DNA of 64,000 nucleotides from Halofilum sp. (in: g-proteobacteria). GTDB lineage: Bacteria; Pseudomonadota; Gammaproteobacteria; XJ16; Halofilaceae. Location of the stretch: contig JAXHMQ010000007.1 in the NCBI GenBank assembly GCA_034521365.1, positions 663,961 through 727,960 of the forward strand, written 5' to 3'. Below, piece after piece: positions 30,431-41,983 of the stretch. The notes below the pieces were generated by a model. The model searched no databases, was not told the DNA's origin, and was given only the letters and a program-made list of their open reading frames with translations. Position 1 is the first letter of the stretch. Each line of letters starts with the position of its first letter. A program made the translations under genes and the position numbers.

Positions 30431-30781
30431 CTACGCCCGGATGACGGCCAGCAGGTCGAGGCCGAGGAAGATGCCCACCAGGATCACGTTCAGGGCCCAG
30501 GCGACCGTGAGCACCCGCGCCAGGCCGCGCCACTTCTCGTCGGAGGCGTGCTCCGCGCAGCGCCACACCGACACCAGGATCCAGACCGTGTAGACGGCCA
30601 TGACGCACGCCGTGATCACGTACAGGGGCCAGCTCAGGCCGGTCGTGACCAACGCCGCCAGGAACAGCCCGGCCAGGATCCAGCTGCCGAGCACGCCCCA
30701 AAGCCAGAACACCTTCCACAGCGGGCCGCGCCCCTCCCAGTAGGCCGGGATGGTCCCGCTGATCTGCGCTACCGACTGCAT
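30431..30781 (-). CDS. small three-TM hypothetical membrane protein
   Basis: YWEGRGPLWKVFWLWGV...VSVWRCA; GGAGG RBS. Confidence 0.75.
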   Translation of the reverse strand: MQSVAQISGTIPAYWEGRGPLWKVFWLWGVLGSWILAGLFLAALVTTGLSWPLYVITACVMAVYTVWILVSVWRCAEHASDEKWRGLARVLTVAWALNVILVGIFLGLDLLAVIRA

Positions 30782-30897
30782 GGCTCTACCTCCTCCCGGG
30801 GTCCGGGCTCGTCAGGGGGTCCGCTTGTCGCCGCGGCGACCAACTGCTACCCACTATAGATGATCGGGGCATGATCGCGCTCGCCCCGGCCCGCGGC

Positions 30898-30950
30898 TTG
30901 ATCCAGGTCAATCGGCGGCCACAATGGCCCCTCGACTTGATCCGGATCAA
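30898..30950. promoter_or_regulatory. two FNR-type boxes upstream of narK1
   Basis: TTGAT-CCAG-GTCAA (30898-30911) and perfect TTGAT-CCGG-ATCAA (30937-30950). Confidence 0.88.
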
Positions 30951-31021
30951 TAACCGGGGCGGGCCGTTCGTGGCCCAATGGCGCCGTCGCCCATCCGTGC
31001 CCCAGGAACAGGAGAACGGCC

Positions 31022-32360
31022 GTGCTCGACGAACAGCATTACGATCCGCCCAAGGCGCACAAGGCGCTCGCGATGTCCACGCTGGCGTTCACCGTGTGCT
31101 TCGCGGTGTGGACGATCTTTTCGATCATCGGCGTCAAGATCAAGCAGGACCTGGGTCTCAGCGAGACCCAGTTCGGCCTGCTGGTGGCGACCCCGGTGCT
31201 GACCGGCTCGATCAGCCGCATCTTCCTCGGTATCTGGACCGAGAAGTATGGCGGCCGGCTGGTGTTCACCGTGCTCATGCTGGCCACCTCGGTGGCGGTG
31301 TACCTGCTCGCTTCCGTCAAGACCTACGAGATCTTCCTGCTCGCGGCGCTGGGCGTGGGTCTCGCCGGCGGCTCGTTCATCGTCGGCATCGCCTATACCT
31401 CCGAGTGGTACGACAAGAAGCACCAGGGTACGGCGCTCGGCATCTTCGGCGCGGGTAACGTCGGCGCCGCCGTCACCAACTTCGCCGCGCCTTTCCTGGT
31501 GGTCGGGTTCGGCTGGGAGAATACGGCGCTGATCTACGCGGCCGTGCTCGCCGCGATGGCGGTGATCTTCTGGCTCATCACCGAGAACGATCCCGGCGCT
31601 GCAGCGGCGCAAGTCCGAAGGCACGCAGCCGACGCCGTTGAAGGAGCAGCTCGAGCCGCTGAAGAAGCTGCAGGTCTGGCGCTTCTCGCTCTACTACTTC
31701 TTCGTCTTCGGCGCCTTCGTCGCGCTCGCCTCCTGGCTGCCGCGCTACTACATCGGCGCCTACGACATCAGCCTCGAGGTCGCCGGCACGCTGGCGGCGC
31801 TGTACTCCCTGCCGGCATCGGTGTTTCGCGCGCTCGGCGGCTGGATGTCCGACCGCTTCGGCGCGCGCGCGGTCATGTACTGGACCTTCATCGTTTCGCT
31901 GGTGTGCCTGTTCGTGCTCTCGTACCCCGATACCCGCTACGTGGTATCTGGGATCCAGGGGCCGATCGCGTTCTCGTTCGGGGTTCCGATCTGGCTGTTC
32001 GCCTTGCTGACGATTGCCCTGGGCTTCGTCATGTCGCTGGGCAAGGCCGCCGTCTACAAGCACATCCCGGTCTATTACCCGGATCACGTCGGCTCGGTCG
32101 GCGGCCTGGTCGGCATGATCGGCGGACTGGGCGGCTTCGTGCTGCCGATCGCATTCGGCGTCATGAACGATCTAACCGGCGTGTGGACGAGCTGCTTCAT
32201 GCTGATGTTCCTGGTCGTCGCCGTGTCGCTGACCTGGATGCACTTCGCCATCCTGCGCATGGAGCGGCGCCGCATGCCTGCGCTGGCGGATGAGGAGCGG
32301 TTCCGCTACCTGCCGGAGATCCAGCCCGACTACAAGCACGAGGGGCGGACGGCGCACTGA
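31022..32360 (+). CDS. narK1: nitrate/nitrite MFS transporter NarK1 (frameshift near 31600)
   Basis: AFTVCFAVWTIFSIIG, QGTALGIFGAGNVG, GKAAVYKHIPVYYP. Confidence 0.9.
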
Positions 32361-32396
32361 GCGCCGCACCCGTTCCCGGAAACCCGGAGACACGAC

Positions 32397-33814
32397 ATGG
32401 CAACGAACAGCGACAAGCCCGGCGGCCTGATGACCGACCTGGGCCGCGTCCTGACCGACTGGCGGCCCGAGGACGACGAGTTCTGGCGTTCGAAGGGCTA
32501 CCCGATCGCGCAGCGCAATCTGTGGATCTCGATCCCGTGCCTGCTGCTCGCGTTCTGCGTGTGGCTGGTCTGGAGCGCGGTCGGCTACGCGACTCAACGA
32601 GATCGGCTTCACCCTTCACCACCAACCAGCTGTTCTGGCTGACGGCACTGCCGGGTCTGTCGGGCGCCACGCTGCGGATCTTCTACAGCTTCATGGTGCC
32701 GATCTTCGGCGGCCGGCGCTGGACGGCGATCTCCACGGCCTCGCTCGCGATCCCGGCGATCTGGATGGGCTTCGCGGTCCAGGACCCGGGCACCACGTTC
32801 TGGGAGTTCGCCGTCATCGCCCTGCTGTGCGGCTTCGGCGGCGGCAACTTCGCCTCGTCGATGGCCAACATCAGCTTCTTCTTCCCGGCGAAGCAGCAGG
32901 GCACCGCGCTCGGGCTCAACGCGGGCCTGGGCAACGCGGGCGTCTCGGTGATGCAGCTCGTGGTGCCGTTCGTGATCTCGACCGGCGCGCTGTCGTTCAT
33001 GTTCGGCAGCGCCCAGAGCCTTCAGGGTGGCGGTCAGCTCTGGCTGCAGAACGCGGCCTTCGTCTGGGTGCCGTTCATCGCCCTGTTCACGGTGCTGGCC
33101 TGGGTCGGCATGAACGACATCGCCTCGGCGCGCTCCTCGTTCCAGGAGCAGGCGGTGATCTTCCGGCGCAAGCACCAGTGGATCATGAGCTGGCTCTACA
33201 TCGCGACCTTCGGCAGCTTCATCGGCTACTCCGCCGGCTTCCCGATGCTGATCAAGACCCAGTTCCCGGCCCAGGATCCGCTGCAGTACGCCTTCCTCGG
33301 CCCGCTCGTGGGCGCGCTCATCCGCCCGGTCGGCGGCTGGCTGGCCGACAAGATCGGCGGCGCCCGCGTCACGTTCTGGAACTTCGTCGTGATGATCCTG
33401 GCGGTGTTCGGGGTCGTGTGGTTCCTGCCCGTGCTCGGCACGGCGGGCAACTTCTGGGGCTTCTTCGCCATGTTCATGATCCTGTTCGTAACCACGGGCG
33501 TGGGCAACGGCTCCACCTTCCGCATGATCCCGGTGATCTTCCGCACCCAGCACGAGCGCTGGACGGAGGGCGCGGACGAGCAGACGCGGCAGGCCGCGCT
33601 GAAGGATGCCCGGCGCGAGTCCGCCGCCACGCTCGGGTTCAGCTCGGCGCTGGCCGCCTACGGCGCCTTCTTCATCCCGAAGGCCTACGGCACCTCGATC
33701 GCCCTGACCGGCGGCCCGACCGCGGCGCTGTACGCCTTCGCCACCTACTACGTCACCTGCGTGGCCGTGACCTGGTGGTTCTATCACCGGCGCAACGCGG
33801 AGATCCCGTGCTGA
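32397..33814 (+). CDS. narK2: nitrate/nitrite antiporter NarK2 (frameshift near 32590)
   Basis: WRPED, RNLWISIP, GFGGGNFASSM, GNGSTFRMIP. Confidence 0.9.
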
Positions 33815-33862
33815 GCCGCGGTGCCGCCGCGTGGCCGCGGGTCCACGCGCTGGCGGGCCCGC

Positions 33863-33876
33863 TTGATCCCGGTCAA
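33863..33876. promoter_or_regulatory. FNR-type box upstream of narG
   Basis: TTGAT-CCCG-GTCAA. Confidence 0.8.
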
Positions 33877-33959
33877 AGCGGCTGCTTTGCTCAGGCCGTA
33901 GCCTGCATGCCGGCTGCCCCGCGCCATCGGCCGGCCCATGGAAATCCCGGAGCAAGACG

Positions 33960-36900
33960 ATGAGTCACTTTCTCGATCGCATGCGTTTCTTCAGGAAGGT
34001 CACCGGCGAGTTCGCCGACGGCCACGGCCGGACGACGGACGAGGATCGCTCCTGGGAGAAGTCCTACCGCCAGCGCTGGCAGCACGACAAGGTCGTGCGC
34101 TCCACCCACGGGGTGAACTGCACCGGCGCCTGCTCCTGGAAGATCTACGTCAAGGACGGCCTGGTCACCTGGGAGACGCAGCAGACGGACTACCCGCGCA
34201 CGCGGCCCGACCTGCCGAACCACGAGCCGCGCGGCTGCCCCCGCGGCGCCAGCTATTCCTGGTACATCTACTCGGCCGCGCGCCTGAAGTACCCGATGGT
34301 GCGCTCGACGCTGCTGCAGCTCTGGCGCGAGGCGCGCGCCGCGCACGAGGATCCGGTCGACGCCTGGGGCTCGATCGTCGAGGACGCGGACAAGCGCCGC
34401 AGCTACCAGAAGCGCCGCGGCCTCGGCGGCCTGGTGCGCTCGAGCTGGGACGAGGTCAACGAGCTCGTCGCCAGCGCCAATGCCTACACCGCGAAACGCC
34501 ACGGCCCCGACCGCGTCATCGGCTTCTCGCCGATCCCGGCGATGTCGATGGCCTCGTACGCCGCGGGCAGCCGCTACCTGTCGCTGATCGGCGGCGTATG
34601 CCTGTCGTTCTACGACTGGTATTGCGATCTGCCACCGAGCTCGCCCATGACCTGGGGCGAGCAGACCGACGTGCCCGAGTCCGCGGACTGGTACAACTCC
34701 AAGTTCATCATGATGTGGGGCTCGAACGTGCCGCAGACGCGCACGCCCGATGCCCACTTCATGACCGAGGCGCGCTACAACGGCACCAAGATCGTGGTCT
34801 GCTCGCCGGACTACGCCGAGGCGACCAAGTTCGCCGACCTGTGGCTGGCGCCCAAGCAGGGCACCGACGCGGCGCTCGGCGATGGCGCTGGGGCACGTGA
34901 TCCTCAAGGAGTTCCACGTCGACAACCCGACGCCGTACTTCACCGACTACTGCCGCCGCTACACCGACATGCCGATGCTCGTCGAGCTCGAGGAAGGCGG
35001 CGGTCGCCTGGTGCCGGGGCGTTTCCTGCGCGCCAGCGATCTCTCCGACAATCTCGGCCAGCACAAGCACGCCGAGTGGAAGACCATCGCCCGCGACCAG
35101 GCCTCGGGCGAGCTGGTCGCGCCGCAGGGCTCCATCGGCTTCCGCTGGGACGAGAGCGGGCGCTGGAACCTCGAGGAAAAGGAGGGCGAGAACGGCGACG
35201 GGACCCACCTGCAGCTCACGCTGATCGACGAGCACGACGAGCTCGCCACCGTGGGCTTCCCGTACTTCGGCGGCATCGTCCACGAGCAGTTCCAGCACAA
35301 CGAGCAGGCCGACGTGCTCGAGCGCAAGGTGCCGGTCAAGCGCATCGAGCTCGCCGACGGCCGCACGGTGCAGGTGGCGACCGTGTTCGACCTGATGACG
35401 GCGCACTACGGTGTCGACCGCGGACTCGGTGACGATGCCGTGGCGACCTCGTACGACGACGACGTGCCCTACACCCCGGCCTGGCAGGAGTCGATCACCA
35501 GCGTGCCGGCCGACCACGTCGTGCGTGTCGCGCGCGAGTTCGCCGACAACGCCGCCAAGACCGAGGGCAAGTCCATGGTCATCCTCGGTGCCGGCCTGAA
35601 CCACTGGTACCACATGGACATGAACTACCGCGCCATCATCAACATGCTGGTGATGTGCGGCTGCATCGGCCAGAGCGGCGGCGGCTGGGCGCACTACGTG
35701 GGCCAGGAGAAGCTGCGCCCGCAGACGGGCTGGCTGCCGGTCGCCTTCGCGCTCGACTGGGTGCGCCCCCCGCGGCACATGAACGGCACCTCGTTCTGGT
35801 ACGCGCACACCGACCAGTGGCGCTACGAGAAGCTCGAGGTGGACGAGATCCTGTCGCCGCTCGCCAACCGCGACGACTGGAGCGGCAGCCTGGTCGACTA
35901 CAACGTGCGCGCCGAGCGCATGGGCTGGCTGCCCTCGGCGCCGCAGCTCAATCGCAACCCGCTCGAGGTCGCGCGCGAGGCCAGGGCCGCGGGCAAGGAC
36001 CCGAAGGAATACGTCGTCGAGCAGTTGCGCTCCGGTGAGCTGAAGCTCGCCTGCGAGGATCCCGACGCGCCCGAGAACTTCCCGCGCAACCTGTTCGTCT
36101 GGCGCTCGAACCTGCTCGGCTCCAGCGGCAAGGGCCACGAGTACTTCCTCAAGCACCTGCTGGGCACCGACGACGGCGTCCAGGGCAAGGACCTCGGCGA
36201 CCCCGGCGAGCAGCGCGCGCAGGAGGTCACCTGGCACGAGGAGGCCCCGGAGGGCAAGCTCGATCTGCTGGTGACGCTCGATTTCCGCATGTCGACCACC
36301 TGCCTGTACTCGGACGTGGTGCTGCCGACCGCGACCTGGTACGAGAAGGACGATCTCAACACCTCGGACATGCACCCGTTCATCCACCCGCTCTCGGAGG
36401 CGGTGAACCCGGCCTGGGAGTCGCGCTCGGACTGGGACATCTTCAAGGGCATCGCGAAGAAGTTCTCGGAGGTCGTCGACGGTCACCTCGGCGTCGAGGA
36501 GGATCTCGTGACCGTGCCGCTGCTGCACGACACCCCCGGCGAGCTGGGCCAGCCGTTCGAGGTCGCCGACTGGAAGAAGGGCGAGTGCGAGCCGCTGCCC
36601 GGCAAGACCATGCCCAACCTGCTGGTCGTCGAGCGTGACTACCCCGCGACCTTCGAGCGCTTCACCTCGGTGGGGCCGCTGCTCGACAAGCTCGGCAACG
36701 GCGGCAAGGGCATCAGCTGGAACACCGAGCACGAGGTCGAGTACCTGGGCCGCCTCAACGGCACAGCACAGCGACGCCGGCGCGACTCGAAGGGCCGGCC
36801 CGCGCATCGAGACTCGGCGATCGACGCCTGCCGAGACCATCATGTCGCTGGCGCCGGAGACCAACGGCGAGGTGGCGGTCAAGGCCTGGCAGGCGCTCGA

Positions 36901-37720
36901 GAAGTTCACCGGCCGCGAGCACGCGCACCTGGCCCTGCACAAGGAGGACGAGAAGATCCGCTTCCGCGACATCCAGGCGCAGCCGCGCAAGATCATCTCC
37001 TCACCGACCTGGTCCGGCATCGAGTCGGAGAAGGTCTGCTACAACGCCGGCTGGACCAACGTCAACGAGCTCATCCCGTGGCGCACGCTGACCGGTCGCC
37101 AGCAGTTCTACCAGGACCATTCCTGGATGCGTGCCTTCGGCGAGGGCTTCGTGTCCTACCGGCCGCCGGTCAACACGAAGACCTGGAAGCAGATCAAGGA
37201 CACCCGGCCCAACGGCAACCCGGAGATCGTGCTCAACTGGATCACGCCGCACCAGAAGTGGGGCATCCACAGCACCTACAGCGACAACCTGCTGATGCTG
37301 ACGCTGTCACGCGGCGGCCCGATCGTCTGGATCTCGGAGAAGGACGCCCAGGCGGCGGGTATCGAGGACAACGACTGGATCGAGGTCTACAACGTCAACG
37401 GCGCCGTCGTGGCCCGCGCGGTGGTCTCGCAGCGCGTGCGCGAGGGCATGGCGATGATGTACCACGCCCAGGAGCGCATCGTGAACACGCCCGGCTCCGA
37501 GATCACCGGCCAGCGCGGCGGCATCCACAACTCGGTAACCCGCGCCGTGGTCAAGCCGACGCACATGATCGGCGGCTACGCCCAGCAGAGCTACGGCTTC
37601 AACTACTATGGCACCGTCGGTTCCAACCGTGACGAGTTCGTCGTGCTCCGCAAGATGGACCGCGTCGACTGGCTCGAAGGGGACGACGAAAGCATCCTGG
37701 CCCAGGAGTACGTGCGATGA
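33960..37720 (+). CDS. narG: respiratory nitrate reductase alpha subunit (frameshifts near 34880 and 36770-36830)
   Basis: [60 protein letters not shown]. Confidence 0.97.
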
Positions 37721-39288
37721 AGGTACGCGCGCAGATCGGCAAGGTCCTGAACCTGGACAAGTGCATCGGCTGCCACACCTGCTCGGTGACCTGCAAGAAC
37801 GTGTGGACCTCGCGCGAGGGCATGGAGTACGCGTGGTTCAACAACGTCGAGACCAAGCCCGGCATCGGCTATCCCAAGGACTGGGAGAACCAGGACCGCT
37901 GGAAGGGCGGCTGGGTGCGGCGCGAGAGCGGCGACATCGTGCCCAGGCAGGGCGGCAAGTGGCGCCTGCTGGCCAAGATCTTCGCCAACCCGCACCTGCC
38001 CGAGATCGACGACTACTACGAGCCGTTCAACTTCGACTACCAGCGGCTGCACAACGCGCCCGACTCGAAGGCGCAGCCGACGGCCAAGCCGTACTCGGCG
38101 ATCACCGGCAAGCCGATGGAGAAGATCGAGTGGGGGCCCAACTGGGAGGAGATCCTCGGCGGCGAATTCGCCAAGCGCTCGCGGGACTACAACTTCGAGA
38201 ACGTCCAGAAGGAGATCTACGGACAGTTCGAGAACACCTTCATGATGTACCTGCCCCGGCTGTGCGAGCACTGCCTCAACCCGAGCTGCGTGGCGAGCTG
38301 CCCGAGCGGGGCGATCTACAAGCGCGAGGAGGACGGCATCGTCCTGATCGACCAGGACAAGTGCCGCGGCTGGCGCATGTGCATCTCGGGCTGTCCGTAC
38401 AAGAAGATCTACTACAACTGGCAGTCGGGGAAGTCGGAGAAGTGCACCTTCTGCTACCCGCGCATCGAGGTCGGCCAGCCCACCGTGTGCTCCGAGACCT
38501 GCGTCGGGCGCATCCGCTACCTCGGCGTGCTGCTCTACGACGCCGACCGGATCGAGGAGGCCGCCAGCGTCCCCAACGAGCAGGACCTCTACGAGGCCCA
38601 GCTCGACATCTTCCTCGACCCGAACGACCCCGAGGTGATCCGCCAGGCGCAGGCGGACGGCGTGCCGGACTCGTGGATCGAGTCGGCGCAGCGCTCGCCG
38701 GTGTACAAGATGGCGGTCGACTGGAAGGTCGCCTTCCCGCTGCACCCCGAGTACCGCACGCTGCCGATGGTCTGGTACGTGCCGCCGCTGTCGCCGGTCC
38801 AGACCGCGGCCGACGGCGGCCGCATCGGCCTCGACGGCCTGATCCCCGACGTCGACTCGCTGCGCATCCCGGTGCAGTACCTGGCCAACATGCTCACCGG
38901 CGGCGACGAGCGGCCCGTGACCCATGCGCTGCGGCGGTTGCTGGCGATGCGCGTGTTCAAGCGCTCGCAGACGGTCGAGGGTGAGCCGCGCCACGACGTG
39001 CTCGAGCAGGTCGGTCTCGACGAGGACCTGGTCGAGGAGATGTACCGCTACATGGCGATCGCGAACTACGAGGACCGGTTCGTGATCCCGACCAACCACC
39101 GCGAGCTCAGCGCGGAGGATCCGTACGCTGAGCGCAGCGGCTGCGGCTTCAGCTTCGGCGACGGTTGCCACACGCACGGCGTCAGCCGAACCAACCTGTT
39201 CGGCAGCAAGAGTCCCCGCCAGCGCGAGCACGCGCCCCCGACGATCAGCTCGAGCCCGCCGCGGGTTCCGGAGAGCACCAATGAGTAA
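37717..39288 (+). CDS. narH: respiratory nitrate reductase beta subunit
   Basis: NLDKCIGCHTCSVTCK, PRLCEHCLNPSC, CRGWRMCISGCPY. Confidence 0.97.
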   Translation: MKVRAQIGKVLNLDKCIGCHTCSVTCKNVWTSREGMEYAWFNNVETKPGIGYPKDWENQDRWKGGWVRRESGDIVPRQGGKWRLLAKIFANPHLPEIDDYYEPFNFDYQRLHNAPDSKAQPTAKPYSAITGKPMEKIEWGPNWEEILGGEFAKRSRDYNFENVQKEIYGQFENTFMMYLPRLCEHCLNPSCVASCPSGAIYKREEDGIVLIDQDKCRGWRMCISGCPYKKIYYNWQSGKSEKCTFCYPRIEVGQPTVCSETCVGRIRYLGVLLYDADRIEEAASVPNEQDLYEAQLDIFLDPNDPEVIRQAQADGVPDSWIESAQRSPVYKMAVDWKVAFPLHPEYRTLPMVWYVPPLSPVQTAADGGRIGLDGLIPDVDSLRIPVQYLANMLTGGDERPVTHALRRLLAMRVFKRSQTVEGEPRHDVLEQVGLDEDLVEEMYRYMAIANYEDRFVIPTNHRELSAEDPYAERSGCGFSFGDGCHTHGVSRTNLFGSKSPRQREHAPPTISSSPPRVPESTNE

Positions 39289-40012
39289 CAAGGAGCGCGG
39301 GTCGCTGCACTACCCGCTCAAGGCGCTGGCCGGGCTGCTCGGTTATCCCGACGAGGGCGTGACGGGCCACGTCGACGATCTCGCCGACGTGCTGGTGGTG
39401 CGCCCGGAGCTCGAGCGCGCCGACCGCGCGGAGCTCGAGGCATTCGTCGCGTGGGTGCGCGGCAATGACCTGCTCGACGTGCAGGCCGTCTATGTCGAGA
39501 CCTTCGATCGCAGCAAGAAGGTCTCGCTCTACCTGTTCGAGCACGTCTACGGCGAATCGCGCGATCGCGGCCCGGCGATGGTCGAGCTCACCAACGCCTA
39601 CCGTGAGCAGGGTCTCGAGATCGACTGCCGCGAGCTGCCCGATTTCCTGCCGCTGTTCCTCGAGTTCTGTGCCGTCCTGCCGGAGGCCCGGGCGCGCGAG
39701 TGGCTCGACGAGATCGGGCAGATCGTGCAGCAGGTCCACGTGCGTCTCGTCGAGCGCGACAGCCGCTACGCGGTCCCGTTCCGCGTGCTGCTGCGCCTCC
39801 TCGAGATCGAGCCCATGCCCGAGGCGCTGGTGGAGACGGCCTCCAAGGAGGAGCGCGACGACACGCGCGAGGCCCTCGACCGCACCTGGATGGAGGCCCC
39901 GGTTACCTTCGGGCCCGACGAGCCGCGCACCAGCTGCGGCGCCACGAAGCAGTGGCAGGAGCGCCCGGTGCAGTGGATGGACTATCGCAACGCGAGCGGG
40001 CGCTCGGCCTGA
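39281..40012 (+). CDS. narJ: nitrate reductase molybdenum cofactor assembly chaperone
   Basis: YVETFDR, SLYLFEHVYGESRDRG, ELPDFLPLFLEF. Confidence 0.95.
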   Translation: MSNKERGSLHYPLKALAGLLGYPDEGVTGHVDDLADVLVVRPELERADRAELEAFVAWVRGNDLLDVQAVYVETFDRSKKVSLYLFEHVYGESRDRGPAMVELTNAYREQGLEIDCRELPDFLPLFLEFCAVLPEARAREWLDEIGQIVQQVHVRLVERDSRYAVPFRVLLRLLEIEPMPEALVETASKEERDDTREALDRTWMEAPVTFGPDEPRTSCGATKQWQERPVQWMDYRNASGRSA

Positions 40013-40024
40013 GCGGAGACGACG

Positions 40025-40708
40025 ATGGAATTTCTCAACAAGCTGCTGTTCGAGTATTACGTCTACGTGGCGGGCACCGTGTTCCTGCTCGGAAGCCTGG
40101 TTCGCTTCGACATGAGCCAGTACACCTGGAAGACGAACTCGAGCCAGATGCTCGACAACTCGTTTCGCTTCCAGCTCGGCAGCGTGCTGTTCCACGCCGG
40201 CGTGCTGTTCCTGTTCCTCGGCCACCTCGTCGGTCTGCTGATGCCGCACTGGCTCTACCCGGTGCTCGGCCTGACGCCGGGCGCCAAGCAGATCCTGGCG
40301 ATGGTCAGCGGCGGCATCGCCGGCGTGGCTGCGCTCGTGGGCGCCACCATCCTGCTCCACCGGCGACTGTTCCACCTGCGCGTACGGGCGCACTCGACGC
40401 GCAACGACATCTTCATCCTGGTGCTGCTCTACGTGCAGCTGCTGCTCGGCCTGTTCACGATCCCGATCTCGATGCACCACCTCGACGGCTCGGTGATGAT
40501 CCTGCTCTCCGACTGGGCGCAGCACGTGCTCACCTTCCGCGGCGGCGCCGAGTACCTCGCGGGCGTGCACTGGATCTACAAGCTGCACCTGTTCCTGGGC
40601 GTCACCACCTTCCTGGTGTTCCCGTTCACGCGCCTGGTGCATATCTGGAGCCTGCCGGCGAGCTACATCACGCGCCAGTACCAGGTCGTGCGCCAGCGTC
40701 GCGTCTGA
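40025..40708 (+). CDS. narI: respiratory nitrate reductase gamma subunit
   Basis: QYTWKTNSSQML, LFHAG..GH, KLHLFLG, FPFTRLVHIWS. Confidence 0.96.
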   Translation: MEFLNKLLFEYYVYVAGTVFLLGSLVRFDMSQYTWKTNSSQMLDNSFRFQLGSVLFHAGVLFLFLGHLVGLLMPHWLYPVLGLTPGAKQILAMVSGGIAGVAALVGATILLHRRLFHLRVRAHSTRNDIFILVLLYVQLLLGLFTIPISMHHLDGSVMILLSDWAQHVLTFRGGAEYLAGVHWIYKLHLFLGVTTFLVFPFTRLVHIWSLPASYITRQYQVVRQRRV

Positions 40709-40717
40709 GGCCCGGGC

Positions 40718-41477
40718 ATGTTCGTCATGGTCAACCGGGTGGTCGTCCCGGAGGAGGAGGTGCGCCACGAGGCCGCCTACGTCGAGTCCGGCTCGATCGA
40801 CGAGAAGCACGCCGAGGCGGCGCGCACGCTGGCCGTGCGCGAGCTGCTGCGCCAGCGCGCCGAGGAGGTCGGCGTCGACCACCGAGGACCGTGTCGACGA
40901 GGCGATCGAGGAGCTGCTCGAGCGCGAGCTCGGCGTGCCGGAGGCCGACGAGGCGGCCTGCCGGCGCTACTTCGAGGCCAACCCGGAGCGCTTCCGCACG
41001 CCCGAGGAGGTGGAGCTGCGCCACATCCTGCTGGCCGCGGCGCCGGACGATCCGGACGCGCGCAAGCGCCAGCGCGATGCGGCCGAGGAGATCGTGGCGA
41101 CGCTCCGGGCCGAGCCCGGCCGCTTCGGCGAGCTCGCCGGCCACCGCTCGGACTGTCCCTCGGCCGACGAGGGCGGCCACCTCGGCGTGATCGGCCGCGG
41201 CCAGACGGTGGCCGAGTTCGAGCAGGTGGTGCTGCGCCTCCCGCGCGGCCTGGCCGATCGCCCCGTGGAGACGCGCTATGGCTTCCACGTGGTCGAGGTC
41301 CTGTCGCGCGCCGGCGGTGAGCCGCTCGCCTACGAGGACGTGCGCGAGATGATCGCCGAGTACCTGCGCGAGCGCTCCTGGCGCCGCGCCGTGAGCCAGT
41401 ACGTCGGCCAGCTCGCCGCCGACGCCGAGCTCGAGGGCGTCGAGCTCGAGGTCCCCGATTCACCCCTGGTGCAGTGA
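40718..41477 (+). CDS. nar-associated parvulin-type peptidyl-prolyl isomerase (frameshift near 40885)
   Basis: RHILLAA, SDCPSADEGGHLG, ETRYGFHVV; directly after narI. Confidence 0.88.
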
Positions 41478-41498
41478 ACGCACAAGCGAACTGCGAAA

Positions 41499-41898
41499 GC
41501 GAACCGCGAATGGACGCGAATATTCGCGAATGGCGCCGCGGCTCGGCCGGGGTGGGCGGAGCTGCGCTGTTCGCGGAAGGACCACAGATGAACACAGATA
41601 GACACAGAGGACCGCGTCGATAGCGGACACCGTGTCGGAGCTTCGCTGTCGACCAACCGGGATCAACGGGCTGTCAGCGCAGCTCCGCTGTCGCTCGAAC
41701 TGCCCCGGCACAATCTGTGTTCATCTGTGTTGATCTGTGGTTCCAATCCGTTCAGCGAAGCTCCGCGGCGCCGGCCATATCGCTGAACCATTCGCGAACA
41801 TTGCTCGGCGCATCCCTGCGCCTCGCCCCTTCGGGGCCTGCGCTGCGCGCAGTCCCGATCTGCTCCCGGCAGATCGGTCGCGTCCATTCGCGGTTCGC
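41499..41898. repeat. nested inverted-repeat element, GAACCGCGAAT family (copy C), with inner ACCACAGATGAACACAGAT arms and an inserted mini-element
   Basis: Outer GCGAACCGCGAATGGACGCGA / TCGCGTCCATTCGCGGTTCGC; inner ACCACAGATGAACACAGAT / ATCTGTGTTGATCTGTGGT. Confidence 0.85.
41803..41878. mobile_element. 76-bp mini-element inserted in the right arm of repeat C
   Basis: Interrupts ...GCGAACATT^CGCGTCC...; homologous to 47157-47235. Confidence 0.65.
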
Positions 41899-41983
41899 TG
41901 TACGCGGCTTGCGCGCTCGAGACCGGAGCGGACGTCCCTGTCCGGCGCTCTCCTGGTCGTTCGCGGATTGCCCGCGGCGCGCC

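Noticed and set aside
30785-30865. NarL heptamer sites upstream of narK1
   Set aside because: TACCTCC and TACCCAC are only partial half-sites with no proper 7-2-7 inverted partner.
33960-37720. Programmed frameshifting or a split narG
   Set aside because: No slippery sequence is evident and similar breaks occur throughout the window, so sequencing error is more likely.
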